37,920 nt of DNA, from IMG/VR virus record IMGVR_UViG_2737471826_000005. One strand, given 5' to 3'. Source of the stretch: a virus (lineage: Duplodnaviria; Heunggongvirae; Uroviricota; Caudoviricetes). How positions within the stretch are numbered: the first letter of the stretch is position 1; each line of letters starts with the position of its first letter. The notes beneath the pieces were generated by a model, which was not told where the DNA came from, ran no database searches, and saw only the letters and a program-made list of their open reading frames with translations. The position numbers were made by a program, and so were the translations under genes. This document shows, piece by piece, positions 28,604-37,009 of the stretch.

Positions 28604-29770
28604 ATGCTGGTACTGAAGCAGCAACTGAAAGAAGCCCGTATTCCACAGGCGGTGGTGGCGAGAGCTGTCGATGTTTCTGAGGCCACGCTGGCCCAGATTG
28701 TGAATCATAACGCGTGGCCCCGCACCAGCCCCGGAGAAGTGCGCCGGCGTCTTGCGTCCTGGCTGGAAAGTCAGGGGATTGATACAACGAAGAGTTTTGA
28801 TGCTGTACAGGGCGCGGCCACGCCCCGTACAGCGGGTACCACAGATAAAACGAGCCTCAGTGAGGAAGAGAATATGTTACTCAAAAAACAGGTGTTATTT
28901 CCAGCAACCAAAAAAGCGTTTGGTCTTTTCCGTGACCCGTTCGCCGACGAAGCCATGCAGGGTTCTGATGATGTGTTCACCACCCCGGATATTCGCTACG
29001 TGCGTGAGGCGTTGTACCAGACAGCCCGTCATGGTGGGTTTATGGCCGTCATCGGTGAGTCCGGTGCGGGTAAATCCACGCTGCGCCGCGACCTGACTGA
29101 ACGTATCAACCGCGAGAATGCGCCGGTAATTGTTATCGAGCCATACATCATCGCTATGGAAGACAACGATGTGAAAGGGAAAACCCTGAAGGCAGCAGCG
29201 ATTGCCGAAGCCATTATCAGTACCATCGCACCACTGGAAAGCATCAGACGCAGTCAGGACGCCCGCTTTCGCCAGTTGCATCGCGTCCTGAAAGACAGCA
29301 GCCAGGCGGGGTTCAGCCACGTTCTGGTGATTGAGGAGGCCCACAGTCTGCCCATTCCGACACTGAAACACCTCAAACGCTTTTTTGAGCTGGAGTCCGG
29401 TTTCAAAAAACTGCTGTCCATCGTGCTGATTGGCCAGCCGGAACTGGCGACAAAACTGTCTGAACGCAATATGGAAGTCCGTGAAGTCGTTCAGCGCTGT
29501 GAGGTGGTCGAACTTCTGCCTCTGGACAATAACCTTGAAGAGTTTCTGACGTTCAAACTGCAACGGGCCGGTAAACAACTGACGGACATTATGGACGCCA
29601 GCGCAGTGGATGCCATACGTGCCCGCCTGAGCAATCCGGGAAGTCATCGTAAAAATATGGTCAGCCTGCTGTATCCGCTGGCCGTCAGTAACCTGGTAAT
29701 AGCCGCCATGAATCTGGCCGCTGAAATCGGGGTTCCACAGGTCAACGCTGACGTTGTCAAAGGGGTTTAA
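28604..29770 (+). CDS. transposition ATPase, Mu B-like
   Basis: Walker A GESGAGKST, Walker B-like HVLVIEEAH; GAGGAG RBS before ATG at 28604. Confidence 0.85.
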   Translation: MLVLKQQLKEARIPQAVVARAVDVSEATLAQIVNHNAWPRTSPGEVRRRLASWLESQGIDTTKSFDAVQGAATPRTAGTTDKTSLSEEENMLLKKQVLFPATKKAFGLFRDPFADEAMQGSDDVFTTPDIRYVREALYQTARHGGFMAVIGESGAGKSTLRRDLTERINRENAPVIVIEPYIIAMEDNDVKGKTLKAAAIAEAIISTIAPLESIRRSQDARFRQLHRVLKDSSQAGFSHVLVIEEAHSLPIPTLKHLKRFFELESGFKKLLSIVLIGQPELATKLSERNMEVREVVQRCEVVELLPLDNNLEEFLTFKLQRAGKQLTDIMDASAVDAIRARLSNPGSHRKNMVSLLYPLAVSNLVIAAMNLAAEIGVPQVNADVVKGV

Positions 29771-29772
29771 TA

Positions 29773-30042
29773 ATGAAATCCACCACAGGTATCAACCAGC
29801 AAATCAGCAAAGTGCAGTCAGCCATTATGGCGCTTAAGGCGACGAACACGGATGTACAAAGCATCACCATCAGGGGTAACAAACCTGTCATCCGCGTTTC
29901 CCGGAGTGCGCATTGCATGCGCATGCTTGAGCAGGGAAAGGCCTGTTATCTGTATACCGGTCATGACCACAGGGGACATTTCCGTCAGGGCGTTTTCGAA
30001 CTGCACGGCTGTCGCGTCGTGTGGCCGGAATCTTTGTGGTAA
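29773..30042 (+). CDS. hypothetical protein
   Basis: 89 aa, coupled to B stop. Confidence 0.5.
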   Translation: MKSTTGINQQISKVQSAIMALKATNTDVQSITIRGNKPVIRVSRSAHCMRMLEQGKACYLYTGHDHRGHFRQGVFELHGCRVVWPESLW

Positions 30043-30069
30043 TCAGCACAACAGGAGGAGTCATAAAAT

Positions 30070-30600
30070 ATGGCAAAAAGTACAAAAGGGGCAAAACGTA
30101 TCAAAGCCGCAGCAGCACTCTGGGTGCCGGGGACACGCGAAGAGGTCATTGAGGGAATCAGACTGCTTGGTGACGCGCAACGTGAACTGGTCAGGGCTGA
30201 AACAGAAATGAATGACACCATTGGCGACATCACCGCACGTTATGCCCCGCTCACCGAGAGCCTGAAAAAACGCATGGCCGAACTGCAGTCCGGTATTCAG
30301 ACATGGTGTGAGGCACACCGTGATGAACTGACCGGCAACGGGAAGGTGAAGTTCGCTAACCTCACCACCGGCGAGGTGCAGTGGCGAAACCGTCCGCCGT
30401 CAGTCAGTATCCGTGGGGCGGATAATGTTATTGAATTACTGAGACGTCTGGGGCTTGAGCGCTTTATCCGTGTAAAGGAGGAAATAAATAAAGACGCCAT
30501 CCTGAATGAAAAGGACGCCGTGAAAAATATTCCCGGTATTACCATAAAAAGTGATATTGAGGATTTTTCAATAATTCCTTTTGAGCAGAATGTGCAGTAA
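30070..30600 (+). CDS. gam: host-nuclease inhibitor Gam-like (Mu Gam family)
   Basis: 176 aa, coiled-coil N-terminal half, position after B; GGAGG RBS. Confidence 0.75.
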   Translation: MAKSTKGAKRIKAAAALWVPGTREEVIEGIRLLGDAQRELVRAETEMNDTIGDITARYAPLTESLKKRMAELQSGIQTWCEAHRDELTGNGKVKFANLTTGEVQWRNRPPSVSIRGADNVIELLRRLGLERFIRVKEEINKDAILNEKDAVKNIPGITIKSDIEDFSIIPFEQNVQ

Positions 30601-30696
30601 AAACAGCATATAAGCTATTTAAAACAGCCTTTTCTTTTTTATTCCGGCATCAGCGCCGTGGGCTTCTGCACGCCGGAAACAGAGGAGAATTAAATC

Positions 30697-30891
30697 ATGA
30701 TATTTAAATGTATTCAGTGCGAGAGGGATATAACAGCCCTGCGTTTTCACAGCGCCATCGCCGTGATGTCCGGTAAGTACCACGTACCTGCAGTACGCGT
30801 CACCCTGGTCTGTCCGTACTGCAGTCAGCATTTTTCGGCAGACGTGCCCGTCATGGAATTCTCCCGCCCTGACAGGGAGGACTCGCAATGA
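30697..30891 (+). CDS. small zinc-ribbon protein (CxxC...CxxC)
   Basis: 64 aa, Cys at 5, 8, 39, 42. Confidence 0.5.
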   Translation: MIFKCIQCERDITALRFHSAIAVMSGKYHVPAVRVTLVCPYCSQHFSADVPVMEFSRPDREDSQ

Positions 30892-31160
30892 TTACCCCAC
30901 AGGAAGCACGACAGCGCACCCGAACCCTTGTTGAACACTATGTCAACGAGTGTGAATGCCGCGACCTCACCGATGTGAAGCACGTCCTGACGGCGCTAAT
31001 CAGCATGACCGCTCAGGCCATTGTGGCGACCAACGGAAAGGCGGCTGCCCTGCAGGTACTGGTGAACACACTCACCCACACGGCAGAGCACGATGTGCCG
31101 TACCGGATGGAAACCACTGCAGAAGGCGGCCTGAACATCACCGTCGACCGGAAACACTGA
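30888..31160 (+). CDS. hypothetical protein
   Basis: 90 aa, ATGA overlap with upstream gene. Confidence 0.5.
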   Translation: MITPQEARQRTRTLVEHYVNECECRDLTDVKHVLTALISMTAQAIVATNGKAAALQVLVNTLTHTAEHDVPYRMETTAEGGLNITVDRKH

Positions 31161-31169
31161 GGGCGCGGC

Positions 31170-31475
31170 ATGACACGGAACACCGAACTCACCCGCACCG
31201 CCCTCTACCGTCTGGCCCTGCAGCGTTTCGGGCCGGACGCACAGGCCCTGAAACTGACAGAAGAGGCCGCTGAACTGGCGGCCAGTGCCGCCCGCAACCT
31301 GAACGGACAGGGCAGCGAAAGTGACCTCGCGGCAGAGCTGGCAGACGTGGAAATCATGACAGAGCAGCTGCGCCTTCAGGGAATGGACCGGCTGATTGAC
31401 TTCCACAAACAGAAAAAACTGGAACGCCTTGCCGCACGGCTGGGCGTCATGTACACCGGAGATACTGAACAATGA
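31170..31475 (+). CDS. MazG-like nucleotide pyrophosphohydrolase (small all-alpha type)
   Basis: 101 aa with LKLTEEAAELAA...AAELADVEIM acidic helix pattern. Confidence 0.6.
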   Translation: MTRNTELTRTALYRLALQRFGPDAQALKLTEEAAELAASAARNLNGQGSESDLAAELADVEIMTEQLRLQGMDRLIDFHKQKKLERLAARLGVMYTGDTEQ

Positions 31476-32155
31476 CAGACCAGGATAAACACATTGAGAA
31501 ACTGAAAAAGTTGCTGGCGCTGGCCGCATCCGGCAACCCTCACGAGGCCGCTCTGGCACTGCGCCGTGCCCGTAAACTGATGGATGTTCACGGCATCACA
31601 CATTCCGACATCGCCATGAGTGATATTGATGAAACCATCAGTCACTACTGGCCGACAGGCAGCCTCCGTCCACCGCGCTACATGCTGGGCCTGATGAACA
31701 TCATCCGCGAGGCATTTGGTGTTAACTCCATCATTCACCCCGGCACATATCCGGGTGTGGGGTTCTACGGCAACCGGGAACGGGCTGCACTGGCTGCGTA
31801 CACCTGGGAAGTGCTGGCCCGCCAGCTGAAAAAGGCGCGTCAGCAATATATCAGCGCACAGAACAAAAGAATAAAAACTGCCACCCGTACCAGCCGTGGT
31901 GACCAGTTTGCTGAAGGCTGGGTGCTGGCCGTTATCAGTGAAATACAGTCCTTCGCCCTGACCGATGACGAACGTGAACTGATGCAGCAGTGGCTGGAAC
32001 ATAAATACCCGCAGACGCAAACCACCAGGGCGCGTAAACCGGGAAGAAGCCGCAATGGCGACGCCTCGCGCTATGCGGGGTTTCTTGAAGGGCAGAACGT
32101 CAGACTGCACCGCCCGGTCAGTGGGCAGGAACAACAGAAACTGGAGGCCAGATGA
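31472..32155 (+). CDS. conserved phage protein (DUF2786-like N-terminus)
   Basis: IEKLKKLLALAASGNPHEAALALRRARKLM motif. Confidence 0.55.
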   Translation: MTDQDKHIEKLKKLLALAASGNPHEAALALRRARKLMDVHGITHSDIAMSDIDETISHYWPTGSLRPPRYMLGLMNIIREAFGVNSIIHPGTYPGVGFYGNRERAALAAYTWEVLARQLKKARQQYISAQNKRIKTATRTSRGDQFAEGWVLAVISEIQSFALTDDERELMQQWLEHKYPQTQTTRARKPGRSRNGDASRYAGFLEGQNVRLHRPVSGQEQQKLEAR

Positions 32156-32382
32156 TTACGCTATCAGGTAAAAGCCGGAAATTAAAAGCCTGCCGAATAT
32201 CTGCCAGATACCTTTTTGCCCGCGCCTTTTTTAAGAACGTCAGGCCGGGGATCACAATTGGTGTTATTGCCGGACGCGAACAGGTTGAAAAATACATGTC
32301 AGGTGCATGGTGGAATAACGACCCTGTCATTGCTGCCCGTAATATTCATATCAGTTGGGGGGATATTCAGAATGACGGCTGA
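32152..32382 (+). CDS. hypothetical protein
   Basis: 76-aa ORF, coupled. Confidence 0.4.
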   Translation: MITLSGKSRKLKACRISARYLFARAFFKNVRPGITIGVIAGREQVEKYMSGAWWNNDPVIAARNIHISWGDIQNDG

Positions 32383-32587
32383 ATCTGTTGTATGTGCCCT
32401 GTTCTGGTATTGTTTTGTCGGTTGGTGTACTGCTGAACTGCACCGCCGTTCAGGGTTTTATTCACGTTACAGTGGTGCTGGCTACTGGATTAGCTGGTCG
32501 GTGATGTTCCTGTGCTGGCCTGTGGCGCTTCCTTTATATGTCGATTATATCGGTGGCGCAGGTAAAAGGAGCAACGATGATGACTAA
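32372..32587 (+). CDS. small hydrophobic/membrane protein
   Basis: 71 aa from internal ATG of track ORF 32216..32587; AATGACGGCTGA overlap with upstream stop. Confidence 0.4.
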   Translation: MTAESVVCALFWYCFVGWCTAELHRRSGFYSRYSGAGYWISWSVMFLCWPVALPLYVDYIGGAGKRSNDDD

Positions 32588-33029
32588 ACAACGTCTTATC
32601 CAGCTCATTCATATTGCCCGTAATGAACTGGGTATGGATGAAGACACCTACCGCCAGATGTTACAGGGGCTGACCGGTAAAGCCTCAACCAAAGGAATGG
32701 ATACCACACAACTAAACTGCGTGCTGGAATCCATGAAAAGGAAAGGCTTTCGCGTTAAGCCTGCCGGAAAAGCCAGCTCCGGTTTACCGCTGGATAACCA
32801 TCCGCAGTCCAGGAAAATCCGTGCGCTATGGCTTGAAATGGCTGCTGCCGGCATTGTTCGTGACCGTTCAGAAAATGCATTAGCGCGGTGGATCAAGCGG
32901 GAAACGGGCATCAGCGCCCTGCGCTGGCTCAGTACTGAACAGGCAAGCAGTGTTATTGAGAAACTGAAGAAGTGGCAGCGCAGAGCTGCGGGAGTCAAAC
33001 ATGAGCGACCTGAATCAGTTTCGAAGTAA
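32577..33029 (+). CDS. GemA-like protein (Mu gp16 family)
   Basis: Position immediately upstream of mor; RLIQLIHIARNELGMDEDTYRQ motif. Confidence 0.65.
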   Translation: MMTKQRLIQLIHIARNELGMDEDTYRQMLQGLTGKASTKGMDTTQLNCVLESMKRKGFRVKPAGKASSGLPLDNHPQSRKIRALWLEMAAAGIVRDRSENALARWIKRETGISALRWLSTEQASSVIEKLKKWQRRAAGVKHERPESVSK

Positions 33030-33399
33030 AGGGCCGGAACTCCTGGTGGAGCTGGCACAGCATACCTCTGAGACCGTTCGCGAGATTATTGATATTGAGC
33101 CCGCAATTGCCGACCAGATTGGTCAGGCCGTCGCGAACCGAATGATGCAGGTCTGGGGCGGGCAAAACGTTTATTTCCCGATGGGCATGGTATGGAAGGT
33201 CAGTCAGCGCGACCGGGAAATCTTCAGGGAGTTTAACGGACGCAACCACCACGAACTGGCCCGCAAGTTTGGTGTTTCGCTTCAGTGGGTCTACAGCGTG
33301 GTTAAGCGGGTCAGAAAAGAAGAACTGGATCGGATGCAGGGCAGGTTGTTTGATGAAGATCTGCCAGAGGAGACGAAAGACGTTAACAAATCCAGATAA
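33001..33399 (+). CDS. mor: Mor/C-family transcription activator
   Basis: C-terminal FNGRNHHELARKFGVSLQWVYSVVKRVRK matches Mu Mor NDFNGRNVSELTTRYGVTFNTVYKAIRRMRR. Confidence 0.85.
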   Translation: MSDLNQFRSKGPELLVELAQHTSETVREIIDIEPAIADQIGQAVANRMMQVWGGQNVYFPMGMVWKVSQRDREIFREFNGRNHHELARKFGVSLQWVYSVVKRVRKEELDRMQGRLFDEDLPEETKDVNKSR

Positions 33400-33442
33400 T
33401 TCCTGCTTGTTAAAGTCCTTTCAAAAATCTCCTTATTGTATA

Positions 33443-33477
33443 AAAGCACGGTAGACCCCTTACCGTGCTTTTTTTAT
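33443..33477 (+). terminator. rho-independent terminator after mor
   Basis: AAAGCACGGTA / TACCGTGCTTT stem, 7-nt loop, T7 run. Confidence 0.8.
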
Positions 33478-33513
33478 GCTCTCTCTTTAGTATTCAGGAT
33501 GCAGGGAGAAAAT

Positions 33514-33948
33514 ATGTTTGACGTTTCGTTGTTAAATCTGCCATGGGCAACACTGGTGACCCTGACCAGTGGCTATATTGGGTATTTTATTGCGAATGTG
33601 GGACTGAAGGATCACCACAAGCCCATTGAGGTGACTTTTTCTTCGCTGATTTTTGGCCTGACAGCAATGATGGCTTACCAGGCTGTTATGTGGGCAGGTC
33701 TGAATGCCTGGCTGGCAACACCACCAGCACTTCTGTGTGCCGTTACATGCGGTGCGTGGTGGCGCAGGTACGGTCGCAAATGGATGTACAGATTACTGTG
33801 GAATAATGATATTTCATGGTCTGACGATACCAGCTCAGCATGGCAGGCAATGTTTGATCAAACAGGCTTCAGCGTTACCGAGGTCAGAGTGATTCTTCGC
33901 GATGGTTCCGGTATGATGTCACGGCTGCCAGGGAACTTTGAAGAGTAG
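33514..33948 (+). CDS. three-TM membrane protein; reading frame continues past an in-frame TAG to 34146
   Basis: GGAG RBS before ATG 33514; three hydrophobic segments; TAG at 33946-33948 followed by 66 further in-frame sense codons. Confidence 0.5.
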   Translation: MFDVSLLNLPWATLVTLTSGYIGYFIANVGLKDHHKPIEVTFSSLIFGLTAMMAYQAVMWAGLNAWLATPPALLCAVTCGAWWRRYGRKWMYRLLWNNDISWSDDTSSAWQAMFDQTGFSVTEVRVILRDGSGMMSRLPGNFEE

Positions 33949-34496
33949 CCTAACGGTCCGTTTACCCTGGGGAATAAAGGCGATATGGTTCTTTACGTCA
34001 CGCACAGCAGCCCTTCAGGCAGTAACGAATGGGAAGAGTATAAAGGCGTGGTTGATAAGTACTGGGGAGCTCTGGCAACCTATATTCCAGCAGATCAGAT
34101 TGCCAGAGTGGAGATCAGGCGCGTTCGTGCAACGAACGATGAATGATGTTTATTTTTTCCCTGGGGCAGGGGCTGCCGGCATAGTGGTTTTATTGGCAGA
34201 GGAAGACGATTCTCCTTTTCTACCGGAATCGCGCTCGAACGTCACGATGTGCTTGCTTTTGGGCTTTTCTGAGTAATCCAGGCTATCATGCTTATTGTTT
34301 TGAGTAGTCATTGGAATCATCCTTTTTGTTGCGGGTCATGTTTCAGCAAACTCGATTCTAAGTTGCCAGGAAGGATGATTTCAATGCCCGACTTATCTAT
34401 CGTATAGCGGAAAAGAATTTCAGTTCTGTTCACCAGAACCCATGTTAACCCACTCCAATTCGTTATTTATCTCACGGATCCCCCTTCATTTATCTC

Positions 34497-35264
34497 ATGT
34501 CTGATCATCTGGGCTTTCGTTCGTCACTGCTGCAAGCGAGCTTTAACTACGAAAGGATGCAGGCGGGCGGTTTTACCTGGGCGATGTTGCCGATCCTGAA
34601 AAAGATTTATAAGGACGACAAACCGGGCCTAAGCGCGGCGATGAAAGATAACCTCGAATTTATTAATACCCACCCGAATCTGGTCGGATTCCTGATGGGG
34701 TTATTAATTTCGATGGAAGAAAAAGGAGAAAACCGCGACACCATTAAAGGCCTCAAAGTGGCACTGTTTGGCCCAATCGCCGGGATTGGCGATGCGATTT
34801 TCTGGTTTACCTTATTGCCGATTATGGCGGGAATTTGCTCATCATTTGCCAGCCAGGGAAACTTGCTGGGGCCGATTCTATTTTTCGCCGTTTACCTGCT
34901 TATCTTCTTCCTGCGCGTCGGCTGGACCCACGTCGGTTATTCAGTCGGCGTGAAGGCGATCGATAAAGTGCGAGAGAACTCGCAGATGATTGCTCGTTCG
35001 GCAACCATCCTCGGGATCACGGTAATCGGCGGGCTGATCGCTTCGTATGTGCATATTAACGTGGTGACATCGTTTGCCATCGACAGTACCCACAGCGTCG
35101 CGCTGCAGCAGGATTTCTTCGATAAAGTCTTCCCGAATATTTTACCGATGGCCTACACCCTGCTGATGTATTACTTCCTGCGGGTGAAAAAAGCGCATCC
35201 GGTGCTGTTAATCGGCGTGACGTTTGTTCTTTCTATTGTTTGTTCTGCATTCGGCATTTTGTAA
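34497..35264 (+). CDS. agaD: PTS N-acetylgalactosamine-specific IID component, 5'-truncated/altered by prophage insertion
   Basis: Body of protein matches AgaD as I recall it, but N-terminus MSDHLGFRSS replaces native MGSEISKKDITRLGFRSS. Confidence 0.8.
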   Translation: MSDHLGFRSSLLQASFNYERMQAGGFTWAMLPILKKIYKDDKPGLSAAMKDNLEFINTHPNLVGFLMGLLISMEEKGENRDTIKGLKVALFGPIAGIGDAIFWFTLLPIMAGICSSFASQGNLLGPILFFAVYLLIFFLRVGWTHVGYSVGVKAIDKVRENSQMIARSATILGITVIGGLIASYVHINVVTSFAIDSTHSVALQQDFFDKVFPNILPMAYTLLMYYFLRVKKAHPVLLIGVTFVLSIVCSAFGIL

Positions 35265-36032
35265 ATGGAACGAGGCACCGCGTCTGGCGGTGCCTCTTTA
35301 CTTAAGGAATTTCATCCTGTGCAAACCCTTCAACAAGTTGAAAACTATACGGCGTTAAGTGAACGTGCCAGCGAATATTTATTGGCCGTGATCCGTAGCA
35401 AACCGGATGCCGTGATTTGCCTGGCGACCGGAGCCACGCCATTACTGACGTATCATTATCTGGTAGAAAAAATCCACCAGCAGCAGGTTGATGTCAGCCA
35501 GCTCACCTTCCTGAAGCTCGACGAATGGGTGGATCTGCCATTAACGATGCCTGGCACCTGCGAAACTTTCCTACAACAGCATATCGTGCAGCCGCTGGGG
35601 CTGCGTGAAGACCAGCTCATCAGCTTTCGCTCCGAAGAGATAAATGAGACAGAGTGCGAACGGGTAACGAACCTGATTGCGCGCAAAGGCGGTCTGGATT
35701 TATGCGTTCTCGGATTGGGGAAAAACGGTCATCTTGGGCTGAACGAACCGGGAGAAAGCCTGCAACCGGCCTGCCATATCAGTCAACTTGATGCCAGAAC
35801 ACAGCAACATGAGATGTTAAAAGCCGCGGGCCGTCCCGTGACTCGTGGGATCACCTTAGGCCTGAAGGATATTCTCAATGCCCGCGAAGTTTTGTTACTG
35901 GTGACTGGCGAAGGAAAGCAGGATGCGACAGAACGTTTTCTCACGGCTAAAGTCTCTACCGCTACCCCGGCTTCATTTTTATGGCTGCATAACTATTTCA
36001 CATGCATGATTGATGAGATGTGTCGTCGTTAA
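35265..36032 (+). CDS. agaI: putative galactosamine-6-phosphate deaminase/isomerase
   Basis: 255-aa NagB-like protein in aga locus. Confidence 0.8.
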   Translation: MERGTASGGASLLKEFHPVQTLQQVENYTALSERASEYLLAVIRSKPDAVICLATGATPLLTYHYLVEKIHQQQVDVSQLTFLKLDEWVDLPLTMPGTCETFLQQHIVQPLGLREDQLISFRSEEINETECERVTNLIARKGGLDLCVLGLGKNGHLGLNEPGESLQPACHISQLDARTQQHEMLKAAGRPVTRGITLGLKDILNAREVLLLVTGEGKQDATERFLTAKVSTATPASFLWLHNYFTCMIDEMCRR

Positions 36033-36041
36033 CTCGCCTGG

Positions 36042-36080
36042 TACAGGCGTTGCAACGCTATTCCTGCTGCAACGCCTGTA
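36042..36080. terminator. palindromic hairpin between convergent agaI and rsmI
   Basis: ACAGGCGTTGC ... GCAACGCCTGT arms with internal palindrome GCGTTGCAACGC. Confidence 0.4.
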
Positions 36081-36081
36081 A

Positions 36082-36945
36082 TCACTCTCCCTGCTGCTCC
36101 AGCGCATACTTATACAGCGCATTTTTCTTCACGCCGTGAATTTCTGCTGCCAGCGCCGCCGCTTTTTTCAGCGGCAGTTCTGCCTGCAACAGCGCCAGTG
36201 TGCGCAGTGCATCGGCGGGTAAGTCTTCTTCCTGTGCTTTATGGCCTTCAACAATCAGCACCATTTCGCCTTTACGACGGTTTTCATCTTCTTTGACCCA
36301 CGCCAGCAGCTCGCCAACGGGCGCGCCGTGAATGGTTTCCCAGGTTTTGGTCAGCTCACGCGCCAGAACCACGTAGCGGGATTCGCCTAATACCGCAACG
36401 ATATCTTCCAGGCTATCTAACAGACGGTGGGTAGATTCATAAAAAATCAGCGTACGCGGCTCCGCTTCAATGGCTTTTAGCGCATCACGGCGGCCTTTTG
36501 ATTTGGCAGGTAAAAATCCTTCATAACAAAAACGATCGGATGGTAAACCCGCGGCGCTTAACGCAGTGATAGCAGCACACGGCCCGGGTAGCGGCACCAC
36601 GCGAATCCCCGCTTCACGGCAGGTACGCACCAGATGGTAGCCAGGATCGTTAATTAGCGGCGTTCCGGCATCGGAAACCAGCGCAATGTTTTGCCCCTCT
36701 TGCAGCTTCGCCAGCAGCGTTTCGGCTTTTTGTTGTTCGTTATGGTCGTGCAGCGCAAACAACCGAGCATTAATCCCAAAATGTTGCAGCAATAAACCGG
36801 TGTGACGCGTATCCTCGGCGGCAATCAGATCAACGGCCTGTAATACCTCCAACGCACGCTGGGTGATATCCGCCAGATTGCCGATTGGCGTCGGTACAAT
36901 GTAAAGCTGGCCCTGAGAATTATCCGCCGATTGGTGTTGTTTCAT
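36082..36945 (-). CDS. rsmI: 16S rRNA 2'-O-ribose C1402 methyltransferase
   Basis: 287-aa protein recognised as RsmI (YraL). Confidence 0.9.
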
Positions 36946-37009
36946 TGTGTCGTCCGTATTGCCGATTTAATATTGAGCATTGCGTAAAAAAAATATCACT
37001 GGATACATT

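Larger units (their letters stand above)
1..34507. mobile_element. Mu-like (BcepMu-type) transposable prophage, partial; left boundary outside window, right boundary approx 34507 (+/-5) inside agaD
   Basis: Contiguous Mu-like head/tail/lysis genes plus transposase A, ATPase B, Gam, GemA, Mor; no integrase seen; host agaD loses its native 5' end at the junction. Confidence 0.75.

Noticed and set aside
28895-29647. 250-aa minus-strand ORF
   Set aside because: Antisense to the Walker-motif-bearing transposition ATPase B gene.
31376-32134. 252-aa minus-strand ORF
   Set aside because: Antisense to the coupled early genes at 31472..32155; no RBS and Cys/Arg-rich translation.
33938-34276. 112-aa ORF in a different frame downstream of the membrane-protein gene
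   Set aside because: Starts with TTG and has no ATG or RBS; the frame of the upstream gene, continuing past the TAG, gives a more protein-like translation ending at 34146.
22403-34507. Site-specific integrase and tRNA attachment site
   Set aside because: No integrase-like ORF was seen, and the junction falls inside a protein-coding gene (agaD), consistent with transposition. A tRNA scan could not be run, so a small tRNA cannot be formally excluded.
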